DNA of 64,000 nt from contig SCPX01000056.1 of NCBI GenBank assembly GCA_004298615.1, positions 6,876 to 70,875 of the forward strand. Reading direction: 5' to 3'. The translations under genes and the position numbers were made by a program. This DNA comes from Patescibacteria group bacterium (GTDB lineage: Bacteria; Patescibacteriota; Patescibacteriia; SCPX01). Under the pieces are notes generated by a model. That model ran no database searches, was not told the origin of the DNA, and saw only the letters and a program-made list of their open reading frames with translations. Positions 7,827 to 17,137 of this stretch are shown piece by piece (within the stretch, counting starts at the first letter, position 1; the number at the start of each line of letters is the position of its first letter).

Positions 7827-10800
7827 ATGAATAAGACTATGAAGATTATAAAGTTTAAAAAAATATTTGCCATAATATCGCTGGCGGCGCAGCTTATTTT
7901 TCAGCCTGTGATCCCCATTTTTGTGCTGGCGCAAGAGGCGGATACGAGTATAGCGCCGCCGCCAAATATCGCTCCGATTGCGGCAGTAAGCGGACCGTCC
8001 TTAATAACGCCGGGCGGAACAGCGCAATTTTCTTCGGCCGGATCATCCGATCCGGACGGTTTTATTTCGGGATTTTCCTGGGATTTTTCTTATGACGGCC
8101 AAACATTCAATATTGAATCAACCGAAGCCAACCCGGCTTATTCATATAAAACTTTCGGCGTTTATACCGCAGCCTTGCAAGCGATTGACAATCAAGGCGC
8201 AGTCAGCAATATTTCAACCGCTTCCATAACCGTAAATTCACCGCCAAAAGTAATAAGAATTGAAATGGAGCCGATACCGGCATATTGGGATTACGAACTG
8301 GACGGAAAATTGCGTTCCTATGATCCGGAAGGGGACGCGATTACGCCCAAACGGCAATGGTATAAAAACGGCATACCGATACCGGGCGCTATCAATCGGC
8401 ATTTGGATCTTTCGTCCTTTACCGATATTCAACCAAATGATGTCTTGACGGTCGCCATATCGGCTTGCGATAAATACGCTTGCAGTCCGCCCTTTACTTC
8501 CGATCCTCTGGCTATTTCAAATTATTTGCCGGAAGCCAAAGCCAACGGGCCTTATTCCGGCTACGCTTTCAAGCCCATAAAATTTTCATCCGCCGGATCA
8601 CTGGACACCGAAGGGCCGATCGCCGGATATGAGTGGGATTTTGATTATGACGGAGAAAATTTTACGGTAGATTCAACGGAAGAAAATCCGGAATTTACTT
8701 ATCAAAAAGGCGGTAAATTCAAAGCGGCTTTGAGAGCGATTGATAAGACGGGAGGAAAAAGCGCAATCAACGCGGCCAGCGTTTCCGTCAATGGCCCGCC
8801 GGTAATCAAAGACATAGTTTTCTTTCCGTCAGATCCTCATTTGGGCGACGATTTAAACGCTTTGCCCGCTGTTTTGGACAGCGATGGAGATCCGGTGACG
8901 CTGAAATACAAATGGAGAAAAAATGGCAATCTGATTCCCGGCGCGGTCGGCGATAATCTGGATTTGGCCATAGGAGGCGATATTCGCAAGGGCGACAGCC
9001 TGGAATTGGAGGCAGAAGCCTGCGATCCTTTTTCGTGTTCGCCTGTTTTCAGATCGGCAAAAATGGTAATTGTTAATAAAACGCCTACTGCCTTGATAGA
9101 CGGCCCGTTTCTTGCCAAGCGCGGCGAGCCGTTGATTCTTGCCGCGCCCGATTCGGGCGACCAAGACGGAGTAATTTCCAAATACGAATGGGATTTGCAT
9201 TATGACGGGAATTCTTTTGACGCGGAATCCGAAGGGCTTTCTCCGCAAATAAATTTTGACGCGATCGGATCATACACTATCGGTTTGCGCGTGACGGACG
9301 ATGAAGGAGCGGTCAGTGAAATCGCCACATCCATTGTCACGGTTTGCGAGCCAAGCGAATGCAGCAAATCAGTTTTAGTCAATAATCATAACGAAGCGTC
9401 TGTTGCCAATAATATTGTCGTGGACGCGTATACGGGAAATAATAATGTTGCCAGAGGAAACGGCGGCGATGTGGGCGATGACGGCCAGGCGGGCAGCGGC
9501 GGGACTGGATTGATTTCAAGCGGCAATGCGGTAGGCGTGGCCAACGCTTCAAATATAGTCAACACCAATCTTATCAATGCGGCCGTGGATCAATCCCATC
9601 AAAATGTTTACGGGATTTATCAAGGTGATTTGAATGTCGCCGGACAATTGGACGCGCTTTCCGGACAATCAGGCGGGACAGGCGACATTTCTCTTTTGAC
9701 CATAAATAATCAAAATTCAGCCGATGTGTCAACAATCATAACGGTCAATGCGGGGACCGGCGGCAATTTATCGGCCGGAAACGGCGCCGTGGCAAATACG
9801 GGCAATGTCCAGGCCGCGGCCAATATTTTCAATTTGGTCAATACCAATGTCGTGGGCGGGAGTTTCTTATTTTCCAGTATGAATGTTTTCGGCGAATGGA
9901 ATGGCGATCTGGTCTTGCCAGGAGATTTGGTTTACACTCTGCAGTCCCAGGGAATAGACATTCTTGAACTCTTGAACAATAATACTTTGGAATTGGAAAA
10001 TATTATCAAAGCCCTGGGCAATACGGGCGATAATTCGGCCGCGGCTCTTGAAGGAGGCGATTCGGAAATTTCCACCGGCCTGGCCCGAGTATTTTCCAAA
10101 GTGTTTAATTTTGCCAACTTGAATATCGTAGGCGGAAATTATCTGCTGTTTATTCCCAATATTCTCGGGCAGTGGAAAGGCAAAGTGATAGACGGGGAAG
10201 ACGGAGATTATAATCTGGCTTTTGTAAAGGAAGGAAAAAAGAAAAAAGTCAAAACCGTGGCGGCCAACGGCAATAAAGCCAAAGTCTCCAACGCGATTTA
10301 CATAAACGGCGATACCGGAGCGAATTCCGCCGGATCGGATAAAAGCAATGCGTCCGTGAATTCCGGACGGGTGGATGTGGTCGCCAATATAATGAATTTC
10401 GTCAATTCAAATTTGGTCAATACCAATATTGTCGTTTCCGTGCTCAATATGTTCGGTTCGTGGAGCGGAAATATCGTGTACGCGTATCCTGATTTGGCCG
10501 CGGCCCTGGATGATGGCGCAGACTTTGTGGCGCCGGGAAACTCATTGATCTATACCGTTGCTTACGGCAATGGCGGAAAAGCCAAAGCCAAAGAAGTGAA
10601 AACATCTTTGACTTTGCCCGAAGGCGTGGTTTATCAATCCAATACCGGCGGCGCGGATCCAGTAATTTCCGGAAATACTTTGACTTGGTCATCGCCGGTT
10701 GTTGCCAACAGCGAAGTGAAATCATTTACCGTGGCTACGACAGTCTCTTCCGATCTTGCGCCCGCTACTGCGACTCTTGAGGCGGTCGTGGCTGTTTCCA

Positions 10801-12167
10801 CGCAGACCAGAGAAAAACGCACGGAAAATAATTTTGCAACCATTCAAACCGCGGTGCAATTTCCGGCAAATGATCCGCCGGCGCCGCCCGGGCCGGATAC
10901 GGGATCGGGAAATCAGCCGCCTGCCGACAATAATGGCACTGATAATATATCAGCTTCTTTGGTGGTGAAAAAATCCAATGACGCCAAAGGATCCAAAGCG
11001 CCGGGTGATACTGTTAATTTTACGGTTTCAGTGGAAAATACGGGGAATGCGTTGATTGATAAAGTCAAAATCGCCGACATTTTGCGCGATCCAAAGGACG
11101 AGAGCCTAAAAAAGAATTATTGGGAAGTCGGCGAAGTGATGCCCGGCGAAGAATTTGAAATTACTTATTCGGTCGCCGTTCCTTCGGACGCTGTGGCCGG
11201 AACCTACACGAATACGGCGCAGGCATCGGGAGTCATTCAAGGCGATGACGCGATTATTTATTCCAATGAAGCGAAAAGTTCATTTTCAGTCAGAGATTCT
11301 CCGCCAAATAATAATGCAAAAGACGGCAATACGGGCGATCAAAATAATCAGTCGGACTTAAATGTTGATTCAGGCAGGACGGGCGGGAATAGTACCGGCG
11401 AAAAAATTTCCGATAAGCTTGAGATTTCAAAGACCAATGATCTGACCGGTCCCATTTTGCCGGGAAGTAAAGTAGGATATTCCATTACGCTGAAAAATAA
11501 TGGCGACAGTACGATAAAAAATATCGTGGTGAGCGACGAATTGGTAAATGGTTTGAGCAAAATAGTGCTGGCGGCCGAAGATTTGCGGGACAAGAAAATA
11601 ACAACTTGGGAGTTTAAGGAATTAAAGCCCGGAGTGGGTTTGCGCATCAGCTATCAATTGGCCATTTCAGGAAACGCGCCGGCCGGCTTTTATACCAATA
11701 CCACTTGGGCCGAAGGGGAGGCGCAGGGCGGCGATAAGGTGTATTCCAATGTGGCTTCTTCAACGATTGAAATTTTATCAATGCTGGGCGTAAATATTCC
11801 GGCCGATTCCGGAGATTTCTTCGGCATTGCCTCGGCTTCGGCCGCGGAAAATATGCTGGGCTTCCCGTCTTTATTTTCTCCGCTTAGGCAAATTGCCGGC
11901 GCGGAGACTTGCCAGAGCTGGCCCCAAAGCATTTGGATTCTAATGTTCCTGCTTTACGCTTCCATCCTCGTCTGGTTTTATTTCTTTGACGGCAAAAAAT
12001 GGAGAGTCGTTTTCCCGTCAGCTTTGACAATCGTGGCCATCGGCCTGTATCTCATTTACGCCTGTCCGGGATCATTCATTTGGTGGCCGATGTCGGTCCT
12101 TGCTTCCGGATTTGTATTGACTGCTCTGGCTATAAATTTTCATCGCAACAGAAGAGCGATGGCTTAA
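7827..12167 (+). CDS. Large surface protein: three PKD-like domains, four Asn-rich repeats, DUF11-like domains, C-terminal TM anchor
   Basis: Three F...S.D.DG.I..Y.WD units; repeats like those in 7168-7746; PG..V.Y/F.I...N.G....N.A Ig-like units; three terminal hydrophobic helices. Confidence 0.8.
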   Translation: MNKTMKIIKFKKIFAIISLAAQLIFQPVIPIFVLAQEADTSIAPPPNIAPIAAVSGPSLITPGGTAQFSSAGSSDPDGFISGFSWDFSYDGQTFNIESTEANPAYSYKTFGVYTAALQAIDNQGAVSNISTASITVNSPPKVIRIEMEPIPAYWDYELDGKLRSYDPEGDAITPKRQWYKNGIPIPGAINRHLDLSSFTDIQPNDVLTVAISACDKYACSPPFTSDPLAISNYLPEAKANGPYSGYAFKPIKFSSAGSLDTEGPIAGYEWDFDYDGENFTVDSTEENPEFTYQKGGKFKAALRAIDKTGGKSAINAASVSVNGPPVIKDIVFFPSDPHLGDDLNALPAVLDSDGDPVTLKYKWRKNGNLIPGAVGDNLDLAIGGDIRKGDSLELEAEACDPFSCSPVFRSAKMVIVNKTPTALIDGPFLAKRGEPLILAAPDSGDQDGVISKYEWDLHYDGNSFDAESEGLSPQINFDAIGSYTIGLRVTDDEGAVSEIATSIVTVCEPSECSKSVLVNNHNEASVANNIVVDAYTGNNNVARGNGGDVGDDGQAGSGGTGLISSGNAVGVANASNIVNTNLINAAVDQSHQNVYGIYQGDLNVAGQLDALSGQSGGTGDISLLTINNQNSADVSTIITVNAGTGGNLSAGNGAVANTGNVQAAANIFNLVNTNVVGGSFLFSSMNVFGEWNGDLVLPGDLVYTLQSQGIDILELLNNNTLELENIIKALGNTGDNSAAALEGGDSEISTGLARVFSKVFNFANLNIVGGNYLLFIPNILGQWKGKVIDGEDGDYNLAFVKEGKKKKVKTVAANGNKAKVSNAIYINGDTGANSAGSDKSNASVNSGRVDVVANIMNFVNSNLVNTNIVVSVLNMFGSWSGNIVYAYPDLAAALDDGADFVAPGNSLIYTVAYGNGGKAKAKEVKTSLTLPEGVVYQSNTGGADPVISGNTLTWSSPVVANSEVKSFTVATTVSSDLAPATATLEAVVAVSTQTREKRTENNFATIQTAVQFPANDPPAPPGPDTGSGNQPPADNNGTDNISASLVVKKSNDAKGSKAPGDTVNFTVSVENTGNALIDKVKIADILRDPKDESLKKNYWEVGEVMPGEEFEITYSVAVPSDAVAGTYTNTAQASGVIQGDDAIIYSNEAKSSFSVRDSPPNNNAKDGNTGDQNNQSDLNVDSGRTGGNSTGEKISDKLEISKTNDLTGPILPGSKVGYSITLKNNGDSTIKNIVVSDELVNGLSKIVLAAEDLRDKKITTWEFKELKPGVGLRISYQLAISGNAPAGFYTNTTWAEGEAQGGDKVYSNVASSTIEILSMLGVNIPADSGDFFGIASASAAENMLGFPSLFSPLRQIAGAETCQSWPQSIWILMFLLYASILVWFYFFDGKKWRVVFPSALTIVAIGLYLIYACPGSFIWWPMSVLASGFVLTALAINFHRNRRAMA

Positions 12168-12190
12168 AAATCAATAAAACAATAAAAACA

Positions 12191-12504
12191 TAAACCAATC
12201 CGAAAAGTTTTTAAATTGTCAAACAAAAAAATGGCAAAACAAAAACAAAGAGGGTTGGTTTTATTTTTTAAAAAAATTACGCTTGCGGTCAAATGCCCTT
12301 TCCTGCCAACACTCAAGAAGCAGACACTTGGCCGCAATTTCGCGCTTTGTCGGAGAGCGACAAGCATCTTTCTGACAAATATCGCGATCCGCTTGACGCA
12401 AAGCGGCTATGAGCTTGGACTCTTGAAGCTTTGCGCAAGCGGTTGCCGCCATCAGCGAGCCTCGCCTTGAGCGGGCCGCCATCAAAGGTCGGAGGATATT
12501 GTTC
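12191..12504 (+). ncRNA. Putative structured cis-regulatory leader RNA, copy 2
   Basis: Same conserved blocks and pairings as 6871-7125, with a compensatory change (TTGTCA/TGGCAA vs TTGTCG/CGGCAA). Confidence 0.5.
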
Positions 12505-12547
12505 TTTTAAGTATTAGGCGATTATTATTAACTTATGAATTGGAGGT

Positions 12548-13474
12548 ATGAAAAAAATATTTTTAGGCCTGGGCGTTTTCGCTCTTGCCTTGGCATTCAT
12601 TCCGATGTTTGCCGCCTTTGAAGCTCATGTGATCAATGTGACGGCCACGATTGAAAACGCTCTGAAGGTCAGTCCGAATCCTGTAGAATTCGGCACCGTG
12701 TTTCCAAATGAAACGGTATACAGAGATATGACCGTTGCGTTAAGTGAGTCTTTCTCAAGAGAAGATCGCGTGGACGATGTGGAGTACAAGATCGTACAAA
12801 AACCCAAACCAAAACCTCAAACACAAGGAACGACAGACTATTGCATACTGGAAAAAGCGGAACTTTACGCTTGTATAACCGCTCAACAGAATCCACCCAA
12901 CAACAAATCTCTCCAGGACGCCATAATGGCTTGTTATGGGAATTATGACACAACTCAATGTTATCCATCTATGTGTCAGTTTCTTTCCAAGCAGCCCGAT
13001 AGGCCGCAATGTTCAGACGGAGTAGATAATGATGGAGATTTGGCTATTGACGCTCAAGATCAGGGCTGCCTTGATGAAGCAGGTAATTATCATGCAGAGG
13101 ATGGTAATGAGGCTTTACCGGGCGTGCAGCCAGCAACAGATCAAGGGGTAGACGCGCCGCATCCGATTGCTGAATGTATGGACGGAATAGATAATGATTT
13201 AGATGGAAATATTGATTACTCTGCCGATAAAGAATGTGCGCAATATGGCGATAATAGCGAGTTTACGGCTGGAGATCAACCCCAAGTTAAGGGTAGGTTG
13301 TCTAAATTGGAAAACGATAAGCAGGATCTATGGATGCTTGATTTAGAAGTCCCGTGTTTTATCGGCCAATGCAAACAAGGCGAAGTCGGCTTATTGCCGC
13401 CCGCATGGGAGCACAGTAAGTTTGGTTGCGATCTGTGGGTAGAGGTGCAAGGAATTTCTGAAACGCCTACATGA
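12548..13474 (+). CDS. Secreted AFEAHVINVTA-family protein 1 (TasA-like candidate) with two C-x-DG-x-DND-x-D Ca-binding-type inserts
   Basis: SD GGAGG; signal peptide ending MFA-AFEAH; paralog of 13511-14254 (FGTVFP, QKPKP, VPCF.GQC.Q, FGCDLWVEV). Confidence 0.7.
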   Translation: MKKIFLGLGVFALALAFIPMFAAFEAHVINVTATIENALKVSPNPVEFGTVFPNETVYRDMTVALSESFSREDRVDDVEYKIVQKPKPKPQTQGTTDYCILEKAELYACITAQQNPPNNKSLQDAIMACYGNYDTTQCYPSMCQFLSKQPDRPQCSDGVDNDGDLAIDAQDQGCLDEAGNYHAEDGNEALPGVQPATDQGVDAPHPIAECMDGIDNDLDGNIDYSADKECAQYGDNSEFTAGDQPQVKGRLSKLENDKQDLWMLDLEVPCFIGQCKQGEVGLLPPAWEHSKFGCDLWVEVQGISETPT

Positions 13475-13510
13475 GGCTAAAATTATTCGCATTAAAGAAA
13501 GGAGGCGCTT

Positions 13511-14254
13511 ATGAATAGGATTAGAAAAATAATACTGTACGGACTCGGAGGATTGACGGTTTTGGCGTTCATTCCGCTATTTGCCGCTTTTGAAGCGCAT
13601 GTGATCAATGTGACGGCGCAGATTGAAAACGCGCTATTCGTGCATCCGGAGTCGCTGGAATACGGAACTGTGTTCCCGCAGGAACATTTAAACACTTCCT
13701 TTTTCGTGACTTTCAGCGAATCTTTTTCCGAGAGCAGTCAGACAAGAGTCGGCACGATTGAGTATGCGATTAAGCAAAAGCCGAAACCGTTGCCCGCATA
13801 TGTCGCACAAATCGGCGTGGATTCGGCGCGCGCGTGGTGCCACGATAATTATCCGCAAACGCCGTATGATCCGGCTATCACGGTCTGGCAAGATTATCTT
13901 TCAAGGTGTTATCCCACCATATGCCCAGCCCTGTCAAAGCACCCGGATAATAATCCTTCTACCGGACCAAACGCCAATAACGATATCGGTCTGCCGGCGT
14001 TTCATAATCCCTGGACGGAGTTTGCGATAGGAAAGCTGGTTAAGTTCCCGAACATAAACAATGACCCGGCGGATACTTGGACTATTGATCTGGCAGTGCC
14101 GTGCTTTAAAGGGCAGTGCGCGCAAGATTGGCCGAATTTCGTGCTTGGGCAAAATCCCAATGCCGGAGATCCTCTGCAATACGAGCTTCCGCCGGAATTG
14201 GAGCATCAAACATTCGGCTGCGATCTGTGGGTGGAAGTGACAAAAATCTATTAG
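13511..14254 (+). CDS. Secreted AFEAHVINVTA-family protein 2 (TasA-like candidate)
   Basis: SD AAGGAGG; same N-terminal strand and Cys pattern as 12548-13474. Confidence 0.7.
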   Translation: MNRIRKIILYGLGGLTVLAFIPLFAAFEAHVINVTAQIENALFVHPESLEYGTVFPQEHLNTSFFVTFSESFSESSQTRVGTIEYAIKQKPKPLPAYVAQIGVDSARAWCHDNYPQTPYDPAITVWQDYLSRCYPTICPALSKHPDNNPSTGPNANNDIGLPAFHNPWTEFAIGKLVKFPNINNDPADTWTIDLAVPCFKGQCAQDWPNFVLGQNPNAGDPLQYELPPELEHQTFGCDLWVEVTKIY

Positions 14255-14256
14255 TT

Positions 14257-14336
14257 AAAAAAACTCCCCCGCCGTGAGGCGGGGGCGCCCGCACCGTTCG
14301 CTGGCTGTCCCTCGGTTAGCCGAATCGGTGCGGGAC
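14257..14336 (-). ncRNA. Putative small RNA on the minus strand with its own promoter and terminator
   Basis: Minus strand TTGACT-17-TAAGGT with extended TG; long hairpin CCCGCACCG..CGGTGCGGG; terminator CCCCCGCC-tcac-GGCGGGGG-ag-T tract. Confidence 0.45.
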
Positions 14337-14450
14337 ACTGCACCTTAGCACAAGAAGCTTATAAAGTCAACCCTCGCTTTGATCTTTGCATTTTATTGCG
14401 GGCTTGAAGCGGGGGGAGACGGGCCCCCGATTATCATTAATCTAAAAATT

Positions 14451-14681
14451 ATGGAAGAGTTTCTGCTGGAAAATCAGTGGATAATCATTCTGGCGATTCT
14501 CTGGACTCTGCCGTGGAAAGGCATAGCGCTTTGGAATTCGTCTCGCAATGGAGATACCGGCTGGTTTATAGCGCTTTTGATTGTCAATACGCTGGGCATT
14601 TTGGAAATATTGTATATTTACGTATTCAGCAAAAATAAATCAAAAGAACGCGAATCGGCAATGCCTCAAACAATGAAGTAA
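14451..14681 (+). CDS. DUF5652 family small membrane protein
   Basis: W.LPWKG.ALW...RN....WF..LL..NTLGILEI.Y motif. Confidence 0.8.
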   Translation: MEEFLLENQWIIILAILWTLPWKGIALWNSSRNGDTGWFIALLIVNTLGILEILYIYVFSKNKSKERESAMPQTMK

Positions 14682-14697
14682 ATTAGATGATTTAATT

Positions 14698-14798
14698 TAT
14701 TTCACTCGGCTTAGACCAATTTTCTTCTGCGGAACTCGCTCGCTTGCGCTTCGCTCAAACAGTCCTCGTGCGAAAATTGGCCAACCCTCGCGAAATAA
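14698..14798. repeat. REP-like palindromic element
   Basis: TATTTC..CCAATTTTC / GAAAATTGG..GAAATA arms enclosing ACTCGCTCGC..GCTTCGCTCAAACAG. Confidence 0.45.
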
Positions 14799-14815
14799 AA
14801 TATATTAATAACTAT

Positions 14816-15304
14816 ATGAACGATATTAAAAATCAAACAATAGAAAAACCGGAAGAGCCGGAAATCGCAACGCCGGAGAAAAAAGAGAAGTATCGGATGC
14901 GCTTAAGCGATAAAATAATTGCCGCGGTTTTAGCCGTATTTTTCATTTGTATTTTTTACATTGTGCTGGACGCGAACAAATACCGCGCCACAGTCCGCAT
15001 CGCGCCGGGCGAGGGGATAGTGGGCATTAATCCGTCCACTGCCTCTTTGGACTTTGGCGATCTTTCGCGCGGCGCTTCGGCCGTGCGGCGGGTGGCTTTG
15101 AAAAACGGCACCAATCTTTCGATGTATGTGGCGATTTTAAAAATCGGCAGCATTTCCGATCTTGTAGACATAAGCAAAAATAATTTTAAGCTAAAGCCCA
15201 GAAGCGAAGAAAAGATTGAATTCACGGTTTTTGTTCCGGCTTCGGCGGAGATAGACAAGACTTATTCAGGAAGAGTTTATTTGTTTAAGATCCCGATATT
15301 TTAG
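14816..15304 (+). CDS. N-terminally membrane-anchored Ig-like protein (SLDFG motif)
   Basis: Single TM helix, then GINP...SLDFGDL..G....R...LKN; directly upstream of the signal peptidase. Confidence 0.7.
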   Translation: MNDIKNQTIEKPEEPEIATPEKKEKYRMRLSDKIIAAVLAVFFICIFYIVLDANKYRATVRIAPGEGIVGINPSTASLDFGDLSRGASAVRRVALKNGTNLSMYVAILKIGSISDLVDISKNNFKLKPRSEEKIEFTVFVPASAEIDKTYSGRVYLFKIPIF

Positions 15305-15306
15305 TT

Positions 15307-15735
15307 ATGGCCACAAATAAAAAGTATTTGAGTTGGTTTATTTATTTTGCCGGACTCGCGATTTTGATTTTTGCCTTGCCGAAATTGCTTTCCCTTGGCT
15401 TGAGAACGCCCTCGCCTATGGCCGCCATCACTTCCGGATCAATGTGGCCGGTTTTGAAGCAAGGCGATTTGATTTTTATCCAAGGAATTGGCGCCAAAGA
15501 TTTAAAAATCGGCGATGTCGTAGTATACCGGAATCAAATCAATAATACCTTTACTATCCACCGGATCGCCAAATTGGAAAAAGAATTTATCACCACCAAG
15601 GGCGACGCGAATTTCCAGGAAGATCCGCCGGTGCGGTACGAAGACATAGTCGGCCGCGCGCTCACATTATCAAATAAGCCGCTCCGCCTACCATATTTAG
15701 GATCAATCACTATGCTGGCGAGCGGTTTGAAATGA
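15307..15735 (+). CDS. sipW: Signal peptidase I, SipW/Sec11 (S26B, Ser-His) type
   Basis: SGSM.P....GDL, GDVV.Y, HRI (His general base), TKGDAN...DP. Confidence 0.85.
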   Translation: MATNKKYLSWFIYFAGLAILIFALPKLLSLGLRTPSPMAAITSGSMWPVLKQGDLIFIQGIGAKDLKIGDVVVYRNQINNTFTIHRIAKLEKEFITTKGDANFQEDPPVRYEDIVGRALTLSNKPLRLPYLGSITMLASGLK

Positions 15736-15815
15736 CTTTTAACCTTTAATTATTAACTTTTGCTTTCGTCCCGATGCGGCATTTGTTAATGGCCAATGGT
15801 TAACAGTTATAGTTT

Positions 15816-16463
15816 ATGAGCAAAAGATTATTCGGCACAGCTTCGCATTTATTAAAAATGTTAGCCATTACTCCTTTCTGGTTATTCATAGTTTTGTCTT
15901 TTTTTGTCCTGCCTCTTTCCGCTTTTGAAGCGCATGTGATTAATGTGACCGCGACAATTGATCCGGGACCGAAGATTTGCGACGCGCGGTCTCTGGGGTA
16001 TTGGAAAAATCACGAAGGTTGCGCTTGGGGCGAGGGAGAAAGTATTTGGGAGAGCGCGGTGCAAAGCCTAAGCACCGAATTTTCCGGAATTTTTTCCGCC
16101 GCGACCGGCGAGCAAATGTGTTATGATTTATGGCTGACAAATTGCAAGGGCACGAGCCTTCAGAAAAAACGCTGCCGCGCCCGCGTTCATACCTTGGCGG
16201 TTGAATTAAATGTCGTATCCGGCCGTTTGGATCTTGACGCATTGATTGCCGGCGCTGACAACGGCAATTCAGCCTTTGATCATCTTGGCTTGACTCAAAA
16301 TTCAACAATCAGAGAATCTCTCGCGGCCATTGAAGCGATAATCGCCAATAACAATTCCACCGCTTCCCAGTACACTGACGCGGCTTACGCGGCTGAACGG
16401 ATTTACGAATTTTATGAAAATGAGTGTGCGGAAAAGCCATATTGCATTTACGGGTTTGAATAA
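15816..16463 (+). CDS. Secreted AFEAHVINVTA-family protein 3 with a GYWKNH helical domain
   Basis: LSA-FEAHVINVTATI followed by an unrelated Cys-rich SLGYWKNH domain; the start may be a downstream ATG. Confidence 0.7.
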   Translation: MSKRLFGTASHLLKMLAITPFWLFIVLSFFVLPLSAFEAHVINVTATIDPGPKICDARSLGYWKNHEGCAWGEGESIWESAVQSLSTEFSGIFSAATGEQMCYDLWLTNCKGTSLQKKRCRARVHTLAVELNVVSGRLDLDALIAGADNGNSAFDHLGLTQNSTIRESLAAIEAIIANNNSTASQYTDAAYAAERIYEFYENECAEKPYCIYGFE

Positions 16464-16499
16464 AATAATATGAGAAAATTTGAGAGGAGGTGAAATAGT

Positions 16500-16886
16500 A
16501 TGAACCAACATGAACATCACGCAGAATTAGTAAGCGGGTTCTTTAAAGAGCAGCGCCAAATTTTTGATTCCTCAAGTCAAGCGATGTACGCGTTTCTTGA
16601 TGATGATTGCAGAGTGTGTAATCAGAAATTTGCAACGCTTCTTGGGTACTCATCGCCGGATGAATGGTTTAAAGTGAATGTGCAAGGAGCTTTTCCAGCC
16701 GCCTTTGTTGATGACGGAAGCCAACAAACGCTCGTGGCCGCATATCAAAACGCGATGGAGAAAATGGAAGGCGCAACAATCAAAGTGGTCTGGAAGAAAA
16801 AATCAGGCGGAATAATTAACACAACCGTTATTCTTGTTCCGGTAGCTTATAGAGGCCACTTATTTGCTCTTCACTTCATTTCTTAA
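16500..16886 (+). CDS. Stand-alone PAS-like domain protein
   Basis: SD GGAGGTG; IFDSS..AM, N.KFA.LLGYSS.DE and KK.G PAS hallmarks. Confidence 0.6.
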   Translation: MNQHEHHAELVSGFFKEQRQIFDSSSQAMYAFLDDDCRVCNQKFATLLGYSSPDEWFKVNVQGAFPAAFVDDGSQQTLVAAYQNAMEKMEGATIKVVWKKKSGGIINTTVILVPVAYRGHLFALHFIS

Positions 16887-16918
16887 GCAGAAAAAGTGAT
16901 TTACTAAAGATTGTGTAG

Positions 16919-17032
16919 GATGAAAAAACCCGCTTCAATGCCGGCGATCACGGCGAGATTATTGGAATGAGCTTTAGCGACTGCAAGGAAATCGCCAAGC
17001 CGATTATCGCCGGTTTCGCGGCGCGCCTATAA
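16919..17032 (+). pseudogene. C-terminal remnant of a YbaK/ProX-family deacylase
   Basis: Reads DEKTRFNAGDHGEIIGMSFSDCKEIAKPIIAGFAARL*, preceded by an in-frame TAG; FNAG.H...I.M...D.....P motif. Confidence 0.5.
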
Positions 17033-17047
17033 GGCAAAAATTCTCGC

Positions 17048-17105
17048 TTGACAAGCATTTTTAATAAGAGTAGTTTTAAAATATGGAGCATGTCTCCATA
17101 TTTTA
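17048..17105 (+). promoter_or_regulatory. Promoter with a 12-bp perfect inverted repeat at the start site
   Basis: TTGACA-17-TAGTTT, then TAAAATATGGAG-catgt-CTCCATATTTTA (17077-17105). Confidence 0.5.
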
Positions 17106-17137
17106 GCATATTTTTGTAACGAAAGGGGGTGAGAAAT

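Noticed and set aside
12391-12450. c-di-GMP-I riboswitch (GACGCAAAGC ... GGTTGCC; also GGGACGC at 6943)
   Set aside because: No upstream GGCAAAC...GAAA P2 hairpin or tetraloop receptor in the right order; GACGCA is the loop of a simple CCGCTT/AAGCGG hairpin. An Rfam scan would settle it.
12216-12485. Short ORFs (84 aa +, 74 aa -) in the intergenic region
   Set aside because: They overlap conserved RNA-structure blocks and have no protein-like features; likely spurious.
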